From Syntrophales bacterium (lineage in GTDB: Bacteria > Desulfobacterota > Syntrophia > Syntrophales > PHBD01): a DNA stretch of 64,000 nucleotides. The translations under genes were made by a program, and so were the position numbers. Below are positions 29,690 to 39,501 of this stretch, in pieces. How positions within the stretch are numbered: the first letter of the stretch is position 1; each line of letters starts with the position of its first letter. The stretch covers positions 2,304,001-2,368,000 of the forward strand of contig OY764159.1 of assembly GCA_963668175.1 (NCBI GenBank). The letters are read 5' to 3'. Under the pieces are notes generated by a model that worked only from the letters and a program-made list of their open reading frames with translations, was not told where the DNA came from and searched no databases.

Positions 29690-32122
29690 TCACTTCCTGT
29701 CCAGTTCCTGCCGGACGGCCAGGCCCAGCCTTTCCAGGATGTAGGGCTTCTTGACGTAGGCGCCGGCGCCCATGGCCTGGGCGGCGTGCACGCGTTCCGT
29801 CTCCGAAAAGCCGCTCACGATGACGGCCTTCTGCCCGGGGCGGAATTGCACGATGCTGCGATAGGTGTCCAGGCCGTCCATCCCCGGCTCCATGATCATA
29901 TCGAGCACCAGGATATCGACAGGATGTTCCCGGACGTAAGCCACCGCCTCTTCCCCGCTGGCGGCGCTCGCCACGACGTAATTCAGTTTCCCGAGCATCT
30001 TCGTCGCCATGGCGCGCTGGCCTTCGATGTCGTCCACCACGAGCACGGTTTCGCCCCGCCCCATGTAGTCGTCCGCGGCGACTGAGCCCCGTTCGGATGC
30101 CGGGGCTTCCCGGGTCACGGGGAAAAAGAGGGTGAAGGTGCTGCCCGCATTCACACGGCTTTCGACGTTGACATAGCCGTCGTGATCCTGCATCGTCCCC
30201 CAGACCACGGCGAGCCCCAGGCCCGTTCCGCTTCTCCCCATGACCTTTTTCGTATAGAAGGGCTCGAAGATGCGGGGGAGGTCGGCGTCGGAGATGCCCT
30301 GTCCCGTATCGGACACGGAAAGGACGACGTAGTCCCCTTCACGGATTTCGTCGTACCCCTTGACCGGCTTGTCCAGATACCGGTTCCGCGTCCGGATGAT
30401 CACCGTGCCGTTACCCGGCATGCTCTCGCAGGCATTGGCGACGAGGTTGTACAGGGACATGCTCACATGCGCCGCGGAGCCGGAGATATTCAGCAGGCGA
30501 GGCTCCAGCTCGGTCACGATCCGGATGCCGGAGCGGCCGGCGCTCAATTTTGCCGGGGCCGGCGATTTTTCAAATTCGGCGATCATGTCGTTCAGGTTCA
30601 GGACCTCCCGGGTGGAGACGCCTCTCCGGGCCAGGGTCAGCAGGTCCTGAACGATGGCCGCCGCCCGCTTGCCGTGATCCAGGATGTCGGTGAGGCCCGC
30701 TCTCATGGGGTCGGAACCGCTCACTTCGCAAAGGAGCAGCTCCGCAAAGCCGACAACGATGCCCAGCACGTTGTTGAGATCGTGGGCGACGCCGCCCGCC
30801 ATCGTCCCCAGGGCCTCCATTTTCTCCGCCCGCTGCAGGCGCTCCGTCAGGGCCTGCTTCTCTGCCTCGGCGCGCTTCCGTTCCGTGATGTTGTGGGCAA
30901 TGACGGTGGAAACGAAGTGTCCGTCCTGTCTCATGGAAAATCTGTTGTTAAGGTAAGCCCAGGTCAGGCCGCCGTCCTTGCGCCGGATCAGCACTTCCAC
31001 GTCGTTATCCACCGGTTCGCCCGCCAGGATGCGCAGAGCTCTTTCCACCATGGTGTCCCGGCTCTCTTCCGCGACGATATGGATGGGTTCCATCTCCAGG
31101 AGTTCTTCCCGGCTGTAGCCCGTGTAAAGACACATGGCGTCGTTGACGCTGAGGAACCGGCCCGCGGTGAAATCCACCTCGTAGATGCCCGCGGGGGCAT
31201 GCTTGACCAGGTACCGGTATTGTTCTTCGCTTCTCTTAAGCGCCTCCTCGGCGCGCTTCCGGGCCGTGATGTCGTGGATGATGACCGTGGAAACGACGTG
31301 CCCCTCCGGCGAGCGCGAGTAGCTGTTGTTGAGGAGGCACCAGATCAGCGTGCCGTCCTTGCGTTTCAGCTCGAATTCCACGCTCTCCGGCACCGCCTCG
31401 CCGGCCAGGATTTTCACGTGCCGCGCAAGGAAGCGTTGCAGGCTTTCCTCCGTGAGAATCTGCGTGGGATTCATCGTGAGGACTTCTTCCCGGCTGTACC
31501 CGCTGTAATCGCAGATGGCGTCGTTGCAATTCACGATCTTTCCCGTCGTGAAGTCGATCTCGTAGATGCCCGCCGGCGCATATTTGAAAAGGTCCCGGTA
31601 CTTTTCCTCGCTGGTCTTGAGCGCCTCCTCGGTCTGCTTCCGGTCGGAGATGTCGTGGGCGACGACGGTGACGACGGCATGCCCGTCTACCGTGCGGGTA
31701 TAGCTGCTGTTGATGTTGATGAGAACCCAGATGAGGCTGCCGTCCTTGCGGCGGATCTGCAACTCGCTGTTGGGCGAGATGGCCTCCCCGGCCATGAGGC
31801 GCATGCGCCTTTCGAGGAAGACTTTGAGCGTATCTTCCGTTATGATCTCCATGGCGTCGATCGCCAGCAATTCTTCACGCGTATAGCCGAGGTACAGGCA
31901 CATGACGTCGTTGACGGAGAGGAACCTGCGCGTGGTGAAGTCGATTTCATAGATGGCGGCGGGGGCTTCCATGACGAGCTGCCGGTATCGCTCCTCGCTG
32001 GCCTTGAGTGCCTCCTCCGCCCGGCGGCGTTCGGCGTCCGCCCGTTCCAGTTCCTGGATCTTCTGCTTCAAAACGGCGTTTTCGTCGACCAGTTCCTGAT
32101 AGGTCTTGGATCTACTGCTCAC
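29690..32122 (-). CDS. PAS hybrid histidine kinase / receiver
   Basis: Three mutually similar PAS repeats (APAxIYExDF), GGVAHDLNN, HATPase, receiver; start uncertain (GTG 32122). Confidence 0.93.
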   Translation of the reverse strand: MSSRSKTYQELVDENAVLKQKIQELERADAERRRAEEALKASEERYRQLVMEAPAAIYEIDFTTRRFLSVNDVMCLYLGYTREELLAIDAMEIITEDTLKVFLERRMRLMAGEAISPNSELQIRRKDGSLIWVLININSSYTRTVDGHAVVTVVAHDISDRKQTEEALKTSEEKYRDLFKYAPAGIYEIDFTTGKIVNCNDAICDYSGYSREEVLTMNPTQILTEESLQRFLARHVKILAGEAVPESVEFELKRKDGTLIWCLLNNSYSRSPEGHVVSTVIIHDITARKRAEEALKRSEEQYRYLVKHAPAGIYEVDFTAGRFLSVNDAMCLYTGYSREELLEMEPIHIVAEESRDTMVERALRILAGEPVDNDVEVLIRRKDGGLTWAYLNNRFSMRQDGHFVSTVIAHNITERKRAEAEKQALTERLQRAEKMEALGTMAGGVAHDLNNVLGIVVGFAELLLCEVSGSDPMRAGLTDILDHGKRAAAIVQDLLTLARRGVSTREVLNLNDMIAEFEKSPAPAKLSAGRSGIRIVTELEPRLLNISGSAAHVSMSLYNLVANACESMPGNGTVIIRTRNRYLDKPVKGYDEIREGDYVVLSVSDTGQGISDADLPRIFEPFYTKKVMGRSGTGLGLAVVWGTMQDHDGYVNVESRVNAGSTFTLFFPVTREAPASERGSVAADDYMGRGETVLVVDDIEGQRAMATKMLGKLNYVVASAASGEEAVAYVREHPVDILVLDMIMEPGMDGLDTYRSIVQFRPGQKAVIVSGFSETERVHAAQAMGAGAYVKKPYILERLGLAVRQELDRK

Positions 32123-32341
32123 CGAAGGCCTCCCCGTAACGGTGCATGGTGTCCGCCCGGGCATGCGAGTCGGGCGGAACGGTATGCGGGCAATTGCACC
32201 AGAAAGCTATAGGATAGCCGGCGAGATGTCAAAGGGAAAGTGGGGCCCGGACCCGGGCGCGGCGCGGACGTTTCTTGACACCGGCCGCCGCCTGTATTAG
32301 ATATAGGGCATCATTCGCGGGCGACGGAAGGAGAAACGGCT

Positions 32342-33883
32342 ATGGCCTACACCGACAAGGACGGCATACTCAACCCGGGGCACAACCCCGTCGTCGAGAT
32401 TAAGGATGCCAGGATTCCGGCGGGCAAGGGGTCCTGGTCCAAGATCAGCGGCTTCTGGGTCGGCAAGCACGACCTCTTCGAATGCCAGCCTTATCCGGCC
32501 CAGATCGGCAGAAACGGCGGCTTTTTTACCGCCCTCTCCGCCGCCGAGACGCTGCTGCCCCTCTTTTCGGTGAGTGCGACGAAGGACCTCCGGGGCGGCT
32601 CGGTGATCGTCCGGCTCTTCGTTCCCGGCACGGACCAGGTCGTCTTCTACAAGGTCGAGAAGAACCTCTTCGCGAGCAAGGAAATCCCGGACCACAGGCA
32701 TTCGGCCTATTGGGTCTACATGATGGAGAAGGCCTTCGCCTGGCACCGGATGCAGTACAACCTTCCCGCTCCCGACGGCGGCAAGCCCAAGGACTACCTG
32801 GCGGCGCTTAAGGGAACGACCTTTGGCAGCGCCTTGCAGATGCTCGTGGGCAAAACCAGGGCGGGCGAACTGACCCGCGACCGCCAGGTGCGCGTCCGGG
32901 CGGTGGAGCGCCTCCACGACCTCCACCATTTCGACGACTATGCGGCGCGGGCGGTCCAGCTCATCATGGACCCCAACGCCGTGGACCAGGACTGCTTCGG
33001 CGTCTGCGGCATGGCCTCGACCATCCACGTCGTCCTCAAATTCCGGCCGGGACGCTTCGCCGACATCCTCCATTCGGTCTTCAACGGCGAGGACTTCAAG
33101 GGCGGCGTCGGCAAGCTGAAAATTCCCATCAAGATCAGCGCCCATGCGGCCAACTACCAGGAGGTGATGAAGGATATCCAGACGGGTCCCGTCGCCGCGG
33201 GCGAACCGCCCACCGACGTCAGCGCCCTTTTGACGAAGCGGATCGACCAGTACAAGCACAAGATGGCCGTCAAGCCGTCCCAGAAGCCCTGGGCGAAACT
33301 CGATTTCATCGTGAGCCGGTCCCTCGCCAGGATGCTCAAGATCACCGATTCCGCCCTCTACAACGACCAGAAGGAATTCACCAAAAAGTTCGCCGACCCG
33401 GCCAAGCCGAACGTCGACCTTGTCAAGATGGGGGATATGGCGTTCACCGAGGCGGGCATCGTCTACGTCCTTACGGACATCGTCGGCGTTCCCGAGTTGA
33501 GCTTCGTCGCGAACCCGAGCGGGCCGGAGAACATCGTCAAGGCCGTCAACGCCTGGTTCGACAGGTACGGCGACCATGGGGCCTTCGGCATCGCCGCCAT
33601 CAACCCCTTCTACGAAACGAAGGACGACAAGCGCTGGTGGTTCTTTCCCGACGGCCGGAACGTCTACCCGGGCCTGAAGTCGCCCGTCCGGGACTGGGTC
33701 CAGCCCGCCTGGCAGCCCTACGAGTTCGCCCACTGGATCGTCATAGAAGGCAAGATCGAGGACCGGAACTTCTGGTGGCTCCCGATCTGGACCTGGGCCC
33801 GGCAGTGGGAGGGACGGCTCCACAAGATCCACACGGCGGGCTACCTCCATTCGGTGATCCTCGCGCGGCTGGAGCCGGAATAA
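32342..33883 (+). CDS. hypothetical protein with two papain-fold-like segments
   Basis: Calpain-like VRLF...WVYMMEKAFA...ALQMLVG; second segment DQDCFGVCGMAS...HWIVI...IWTW; RBS AAGGAG. Confidence 0.75.
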   Translation: MAYTDKDGILNPGHNPVVEIKDARIPAGKGSWSKISGFWVGKHDLFECQPYPAQIGRNGGFFTALSAAETLLPLFSVSATKDLRGGSVIVRLFVPGTDQVVFYKVEKNLFASKEIPDHRHSAYWVYMMEKAFAWHRMQYNLPAPDGGKPKDYLAALKGTTFGSALQMLVGKTRAGELTRDRQVRVRAVERLHDLHHFDDYAARAVQLIMDPNAVDQDCFGVCGMASTIHVVLKFRPGRFADILHSVFNGEDFKGGVGKLKIPIKISAHAANYQEVMKDIQTGPVAAGEPPTDVSALLTKRIDQYKHKMAVKPSQKPWAKLDFIVSRSLARMLKITDSALYNDQKEFTKKFADPAKPNVDLVKMGDMAFTEAGIVYVLTDIVGVPELSFVANPSGPENIVKAVNAWFDRYGDHGAFGIAAINPFYETKDDKRWWFFPDGRNVYPGLKSPVRDWVQPAWQPYEFAHWIVIEGKIEDRNFWWLPIWTWARQWEGRLHKIHTAGYLHSVILARLEPE

Positions 33884-33908
33884 GCCGCCCCGGAATCACG
33901 CAGGCCTT

Positions 33909-34559
33909 TCACTTCCTCAAGATCGCGGCGATGGGGCCGTAGCCTATGACCTCGAGCCCCAGGCGTTCGGCGATCCATTTCAGCGTCCAGTAGCAGAAGA
34001 ACGAGATGTGGGTCGCGTCGTCCTTGAACCACCAGGACCGGAACTGTTCCACGGCGTCCCGGGAGTGGATGAAGGCGTCCGTGAAGGAACTGGTCAGGAA
34101 GATCATGCCCCCCTCTTCGAGGACGCCGCAGAGCATCGCGATGTCGGCGCACGGTTCGGACAGGTGCTCCAGGACCTGGTTGGCGACGACCACGCCGAAA
34201 CGGCCCGTGTCCTCCCTTGCGCCGAACGCCCCGTGAATCCTGGGTTCGAACGACTCGACCTCGTAGCCCATGTCCCTTAATGCTTCCGAAAGCCGTCCTT
34301 CGCCCGAACCGAAATCCAGTATCCTGCCGGGCGCGGCGAACTGCGAGGCAAGCTCGACGTATGTTTCCGCCACGCGCCGCCAGAAGGCCGGGTCGTCCTT
34401 GTCCTGGGCCCGGTAATGGCGGTCCTGTTCTTCCCGGCCTGCCGTTTCTCCCGTGAAGACGAGATAGCACACCGGGCACTTGTAGTAGGCGCGCCAATCC
34501 TCGAAGAATAAATCGGCGGGCGCTGCGCAGACCCTGCAAGGGGGTCGGTCGTTTCGCAT
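33909..34559 (-). CDS. class I SAM methyltransferase with N-terminal zinc ribbon
   Basis: CRVC/CPVC, ILDFGSGEG, QVLEHL..P, WW..DDATHISFF. Confidence 0.9.
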   Translation of the reverse strand: MRNDRPPCRVCAAPADLFFEDWRAYYKCPVCYLVFTGETAGREEQDRHYRAQDKDDPAFWRRVAETYVELASQFAAPGRILDFGSGEGRLSEALRDMGYEVESFEPRIHGAFGAREDTGRFGVVVANQVLEHLSEPCADIAMLCGVLEEGGMIFLTSSFTDAFIHSRDAVEQFRSWWFKDDATHISFFCYWTLKWIAERLGLEVIGYGPIAAILRK

Positions 34560-34753
34560 CGGGTCACCTCGCCGGTCCTTGTACCACGTCCCGCGTCCGG
34601 ACGCCACCGGCAAAGAAGAGGGGGCCGCCCGGAGGCGGGGCGCGGCAGACCGCGGCGCAAGCAGTCATGCCGGGAAAAAACCGTTGTATGGGACCTATGG
34701 GGTGGAGATGCCGTCAGGCCAAACCTGTGTCCGATGCTTATGCAAGCTATCGC

Positions 34754-37186
34754 CTACTTCTTGTCCAACTCCCGCCGGACGGCCATGCCGATCCTCTCTT
34801 TGATGTAGGGTTTCCGGACGAAGGAGCCTGCGCCCAGGGACTGGGCCGCTTTTACGCGCTCCGTTTCGGCGTAGCCGCTGACGATGACGGCCTTCTGCTT
34901 CGGCCGTATCTCCGAAATCCTGCGGTATGTTTCAAAACCGTCGATGCCCGGCTCCATGATCATATCCAGGATAACGAGATCGACTTCGTTCTCCCTGAGA
35001 TAAGCCGCCGCCTCCTCGCCGCTCGTCACGCCGTGAACGACGTAGTTGAGCTTCTGCATGATGCTGCTCGCCAGGTCGCATTGGGCCCGGATATCGTCGA
35101 CCACGAGAATCCTTTCGCCTTTGCCCATGTACCGGTCCACGGAGATCTCGCCTTCATACTCGACCTCGCTGCGAGTGGCCGGGAAATATAACGTGAATGT
35201 CGTTCCCTTGCCCGGTTCGCTTCGAACGTCGATATATCCGTCGTGATCCTTCATGGTTCCCCAGACGACGGCCAACCCAAGCCCCGTGCCGCTCCTTCCC
35301 ATGACCTTTTTCGTATAGAAAGGCTCGAAGATGCGTTTCCTGTCATTCTCTTCGATGCCTTCGCCTTCGTCGGAAACCGTGAGAACGGCGTAGTCGCCTT
35401 CCTCGACCTCGTCGTAGCCTGCAACCGGCCGGTCCTGGTAGCGGTTCTCCGTCCGGACGACGACTTCTCCGCCCGACGTCATCGCCTCCGCGGCGTTGGA
35501 AACAAGGTTCATGATCGTCTTCGCTACATGAGCCTGGGAGCCGAATATCCTGAGCAGCGCCTCGTCCAATTCCACCCTGACGCGGACATGGGGAAAGAGC
35601 GTTTTCAGTTTCGCGAGCTCCGGAGATTTGAGATACTCGGTGACAATCTTGTTCAGATTGACGACCTTCTTGGTTTGGACGCCCCGGCGGGCGAGGGTCA
35701 GGAGGTCCTGGACGATCGCCGCCGCCTGCTCGCCGCCGGAGATAATATTCCTGGCCTTCAGGCGCGAGGGGCTATTCTCCGCAAGCTCGTCGTGGAGGAT
35801 CTCCGCATATCCGACCAGAATACCCAAGGCGTTGTTGAGATCGTGGGCGACGCCTCCGGCCAGGAGCCCCAGCGCTTCCATTTTCTCGGCCCGCTGCAGT
35901 CTTTCCTCCAATTCCCGGCGATTGTCTTCGATCTTTTTCTGTTCGGTAATGTCGCGGGCGATGCCGACCGTGCCGACGCATTTGCCCGTTTCGTCGAACA
36001 GCGCCGTCTTTCTGGTTTGCATCCAGCGAACGTCGTTTTTTGTCCGCCATGCTTCCTCCGTTTCCAGGGACCGGCCCGTGGCGATGACCGTCCTGTCGTC
36101 CGCCAGGTATCTGGCGGCGAGGTCTGGCGGATAAAAGTCGGCATCGCAATGTCCCGCTATGGCTTCGGGGGCGATACCGATGGCCTCTGCATAGCGTCCG
36201 TTGCAGGACACATAAACGCCGTTCATATCCTTGTGCCATAAAAAATCGGGCATATGTTCGGCGAGGGCGCGGTACTTCCGTTCGCTTGCCCTGAGCGCCT
36301 CCTCCGCCTTCTCCCGGTCGGTGATGTCGATGTGCTGGATGACGGCGTTCGTAATCCTGCCCGCGGCGTCCCTCACGGGAAAAATGGTCACGTCGAGGAA
36401 GAGGGACACATGCTTCGAAAGGTCGAGATCGCTCAGAAGCGATGTGTCGTAGATGAGCTTGAATCTCGCTATTCTGCCCTCCTCGAAGACGCTTTTCACC
36501 AGGGGAAGATGACCCTGGGCTGCGACGATGTTGTCGTTAAAGACGTTATATTTTCCCACGACCTCCTCGTCCGAAATATGAAAGAGGGCCTTGCAGGCGG
36601 GGCTGATCCTGAGCAGGGTTCCCTGGGCATCGGAAATCCACATGGGGTAGGGGCCCTGTTCGATCATGCTGTTCAGGAAGGATTCCGTCGACCGCAGGGA
36701 ATCCTCCGTGCGCTTACGATCGGTGATGTCGCGCACCAGCGCGACAAAACGGGCGTCGTGGGTCTTGTGGTCGCCCTTGGCCGCGATGGACATCTCGTAC
36801 CACCTTGTCTCTTTGCCGCCGGGCAGGCTGTAGACCGTCCCGAAATGCGAACCGTGCCGCGACGCTTCTCCGATGGCGCGGAGAATGTGCTTCGCGGCGG
36901 CGGGCGGCAGCACTTCCTTCACCGTCTTGCCCATAAAGGCTTCGGGTTCCGCATACAAGTTCGCTTGCAGGGATGTGCCGTAATTGAAGATGCGTCCGTG
37001 TCGGTCGACCTCGAAGCGCAGGTCGGGGATGGCCTTGACCGTTGCGTCCAACTCGTCGAACATCTGCCGGAGGTGTTCTGCGGTCCTCCGGTGCTCCGCC
37101 TCCGATCTTTCCAGTTCGCGGATCCGTTCTGTCAGAGCGGAAATCTCCCGGAGCAACTTTTTCTCCGTCGGGGAAGGATCTGCCAT
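34754..37186 (-). CDS. PAS hybrid histidine kinase / receiver
   Basis: Three PAS domains, GGVAHDLNN, FEPFYTKKVMGRSGTGLGL, receiver. Confidence 0.95.
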   Translation of the reverse strand: MADPSPTEKKLLREISALTERIRELERSEAEHRRTAEHLRQMFDELDATVKAIPDLRFEVDRHGRIFNYGTSLQANLYAEPEAFMGKTVKEVLPPAAAKHILRAIGEASRHGSHFGTVYSLPGGKETRWYEMSIAAKGDHKTHDARFVALVRDITDRKRTEDSLRSTESFLNSMIEQGPYPMWISDAQGTLLRISPACKALFHISDEEVVGKYNVFNDNIVAAQGHLPLVKSVFEEGRIARFKLIYDTSLLSDLDLSKHVSLFLDVTIFPVRDAAGRITNAVIQHIDITDREKAEEALRASERKYRALAEHMPDFLWHKDMNGVYVSCNGRYAEAIGIAPEAIAGHCDADFYPPDLAARYLADDRTVIATGRSLETEEAWRTKNDVRWMQTRKTALFDETGKCVGTVGIARDITEQKKIEDNRRELEERLQRAEKMEALGLLAGGVAHDLNNALGILVGYAEILHDELAENSPSRLKARNIISGGEQAAAIVQDLLTLARRGVQTKKVVNLNKIVTEYLKSPELAKLKTLFPHVRVRVELDEALLRIFGSQAHVAKTIMNLVSNAAEAMTSGGEVVVRTENRYQDRPVAGYDEVEEGDYAVLTVSDEGEGIEENDRKRIFEPFYTKKVMGRSGTGLGLAVVWGTMKDHDGYIDVRSEPGKGTTFTLYFPATRSEVEYEGEISVDRYMGKGERILVVDDIRAQCDLASSIMQKLNYVVHGVTSGEEAAAYLRENEVDLVILDMIMEPGIDGFETYRRISEIRPKQKAVIVSGYAETERVKAAQSLGAGSFVRKPYIKERIGMAVRRELDKK

Positions 37187-37327
37187 CGTATCTCTCCTGC
37201 CGTGCCGAGTAAGTGGGGAGATTGCAAATGAACCAGCGACAATTGTTTCATCTCAGCGGATTGCCATCTGAAATCTAGCGGATAGACGCCAAGATGTCAA
37301 ATGTGTCTTTCTTCCGGCGAAATCCCT

Positions 37328-37380
37328 TTGACAAGAGCGTGATGTTTTGGTATATGAAACAACGTTCCGCAATACGGAAC
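37328..37380 (+). promoter_or_regulatory. promoter and IclR-type operator
   Basis: TTGACA at 37328; inverted repeat GTTCCG-caata-CGGAAC at 37364-37380. Confidence 0.65.
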
Positions 37381-37512
37381 GGAGGGCGTCATCGCCCGTC
37401 GACCCGATTCAAGACAGTTAAGCATCGCTGAAATGCATATCCAATGCGGACCGGCAGCGCTTCAAGCCGCCGCTTGAGTCCTCTGCGCGGAAAGGATTGC
37501 CGGAAAGGATCT

Positions 37513-38307
37513 ATGGACCAGAACCGCCTCCAGGCCAAACCCGCCAACCTCATCCAGACGATCGAAAGGATGGACGCCATTCTCGAAGCCGTCGGGCGGG
37601 ATCCCCACGGGGCGAGCATCAAGGACCTTTCCGCCGCCCTCGCCCTTCCCAAGGGCACCGTCCACCGCATCCTCTCTTCCCTTTCCTATTTCGGCTACGT
37701 CCGCCAGCATCCGGAGACGAAGAACTACGGATTGGGCCTCAAAGTGATGGAACTGGGGTCCCGCCTCGGCAGCCAGCTCGATCTCCGGCGGATCGCGGCG
37801 CCCTTCATCCGGACGCTCGTCGACAAGACCGGCGAGGCGGCACACCTTGTCGTCCTGGACGGCGGCGACGTGGTCTATATCGATAAAATCGAAGCACGGG
37901 AAAACTCGGTCGGCCTCGTCATGGCCTCCCGCGTGGGCTCCCGGAACCCGGCGCACTGCTGCGCCGTCGGCAAGGTGCTGCTCGCGGGCCTGCCGGAGGG
38001 GGATCTGGACGCCATTCTCGGAGCGATGGAGCTGGCCCGGCGGACGGCGAACACGATCACGGACCCCGTGCGTCTGAAGGAGCACCTGCGGACCGTCCGG
38101 GAGCAGGGGTACGCCGTCGACGACGAGGAGAACGAACGGGGCATCCGCTGCCTTGCGGCCCCCATCTTCGACGGGAAGGGCAGGGCCGTGGCGGCGGTCA
38201 GCATTTCGGGGCCGTCGTTTCGCGTGACGAAAAAGGTCGTTCTGGAGTCCGTCAGGAAGGAAGTCACCAAGGCCGCCGCGGAGATATCGCGGCAGCTAGG
38301 GTTTTAG
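37513..38307 (+). CDS. IclR family regulator (KdgR-like by context)
   Basis: LPKGTVHRIL HTH; HCCAVGKVLLA; GYAVDDEE...GIRCLAAPI. Confidence 0.92.
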   Translation: MDQNRLQAKPANLIQTIERMDAILEAVGRDPHGASIKDLSAALALPKGTVHRILSSLSYFGYVRQHPETKNYGLGLKVMELGSRLGSQLDLRRIAAPFIRTLVDKTGEAAHLVVLDGGDVVYIDKIEARENSVGLVMASRVGSRNPAHCCAVGKVLLAGLPEGDLDAILGAMELARRTANTITDPVRLKEHLRTVREQGYAVDDEENERGIRCLAAPIFDGKGRAVAAVSISGPSFRVTKKVVLESVRKEVTKAAAEISRQLGF

Positions 38308-38396
38308 AGAATTTCCGGCGGCTATGTTTCGGGGGAAAGCTGCCGGGCCGGGAAAACAACGATCGTCAAAATTCATGGACAAGGAGGAGGAGAAAG

Positions 38397-39383
38397 ATGA
38401 AGAAACTGCTGATCCTGTTTTTGGTCTTGTTTATTTCCGTGCCGCTTGCGTACGGGCAGGCCGCGAAGCCCATCGAGATGAAGATCGGCCATTTCGCCGC
38501 CGATTCGCATCCGGGCAATCTTGCCGCCAAGATGTTCGCCGATGCGGTGGAAAAGCGGACGAACGGGCAGATCAAGATTAAGATCTACCCGAACAACGCC
38601 CTCGGTTCGCCGCCGGAAGTCCTGGAGCAGAACATCCTGGGCGCCGTGGACATGAGCCTTCCCACCCAGGGGCAGCTCGGCAAGTATTCCAAGAAATTCA
38701 ACTGCGTCATGCTTCCCTTCGTCTTCAAGAATTACGCCCAGGCCGACAAGGTCCTGGACGGTCCCTTCATCAAGTGGGCCGTTGCTGACCTGGACAAGGC
38801 GGGCCTCGTCTTCCTCTCCAACTGGGAATGGGGTTTCCGCAACCTGACGAACAGCAAGCATCCCGTGAACGTCCCCGCCGACGTGAAGGGCCTGAAGATC
38901 CGCACCCCGCCTGAACTGCCGACGCAGGCGGCCATGGAGGCCCTCGGGGGCGTCGTGGCGACGATCAACTTCAACGAGCTCCAGATGGCCCTGAAGCAGG
39001 GCGTCGTCGACGGCCAGGAGAACCCCATTGCGGTGATCTACTCGAACAAGATTTACGAAACCCAGAAATATCTCGCCATGACGGGGCATAATTACAACAC
39101 GATGGTCCACGTCATAAGCAAGAAGACGTGGGACAAGCTGACGCCCGCGCAGCAGAAGATCGTCCGCGAGGAAAGCCACAAGGCCGGCGTGTGGATGAAG
39201 AAGTCCATCCGCGATGCCGAGGCGAACCAGATCAAGGAGCTGCAGAAGCTCGGCATGCAGGTCACGTATCCCGACAAGGCCAAGTTCAAGGCCCTGATGA
39301 AGCCCGCCTACGACAGGATGAACGCCATCGCCGGCGAGGACAACATCAAGGCGTTTGTGAAGATGGTCGATCAGGTGAAATAA
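38397..39383 (+). CDS. dctP: TRAP transporter substrate-binding protein
   Basis: Signal peptide, GFRNLT, DVKGLKIRTP, ALKQGVVDGQENP. Confidence 0.95.
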   Translation: MKKLLILFLVLFISVPLAYGQAAKPIEMKIGHFAADSHPGNLAAKMFADAVEKRTNGQIKIKIYPNNALGSPPEVLEQNILGAVDMSLPTQGQLGKYSKKFNCVMLPFVFKNYAQADKVLDGPFIKWAVADLDKAGLVFLSNWEWGFRNLTNSKHPVNVPADVKGLKIRTPPELPTQAAMEALGGVVATINFNELQMALKQGVVDGQENPIAVIYSNKIYETQKYLAMTGHNYNTMVHVISKKTWDKLTPAQQKIVREESHKAGVWMKKSIRDAEANQIKELQKLGMQVTYPDKAKFKALMKPAYDRMNAIAGEDNIKAFVKMVDQVK

Positions 39384-39501
39384 CGAGTATGTGTTGGAGG
39401 GGAGACCGGGAACGGCTCATGCTTTGCCGGACCCGGTATCCCGCCCGACTCCGTGTGAAGGGCTCCGGACGCCGCCGGGGTCCGTGAAGGAATCTTGCAG
39501 A

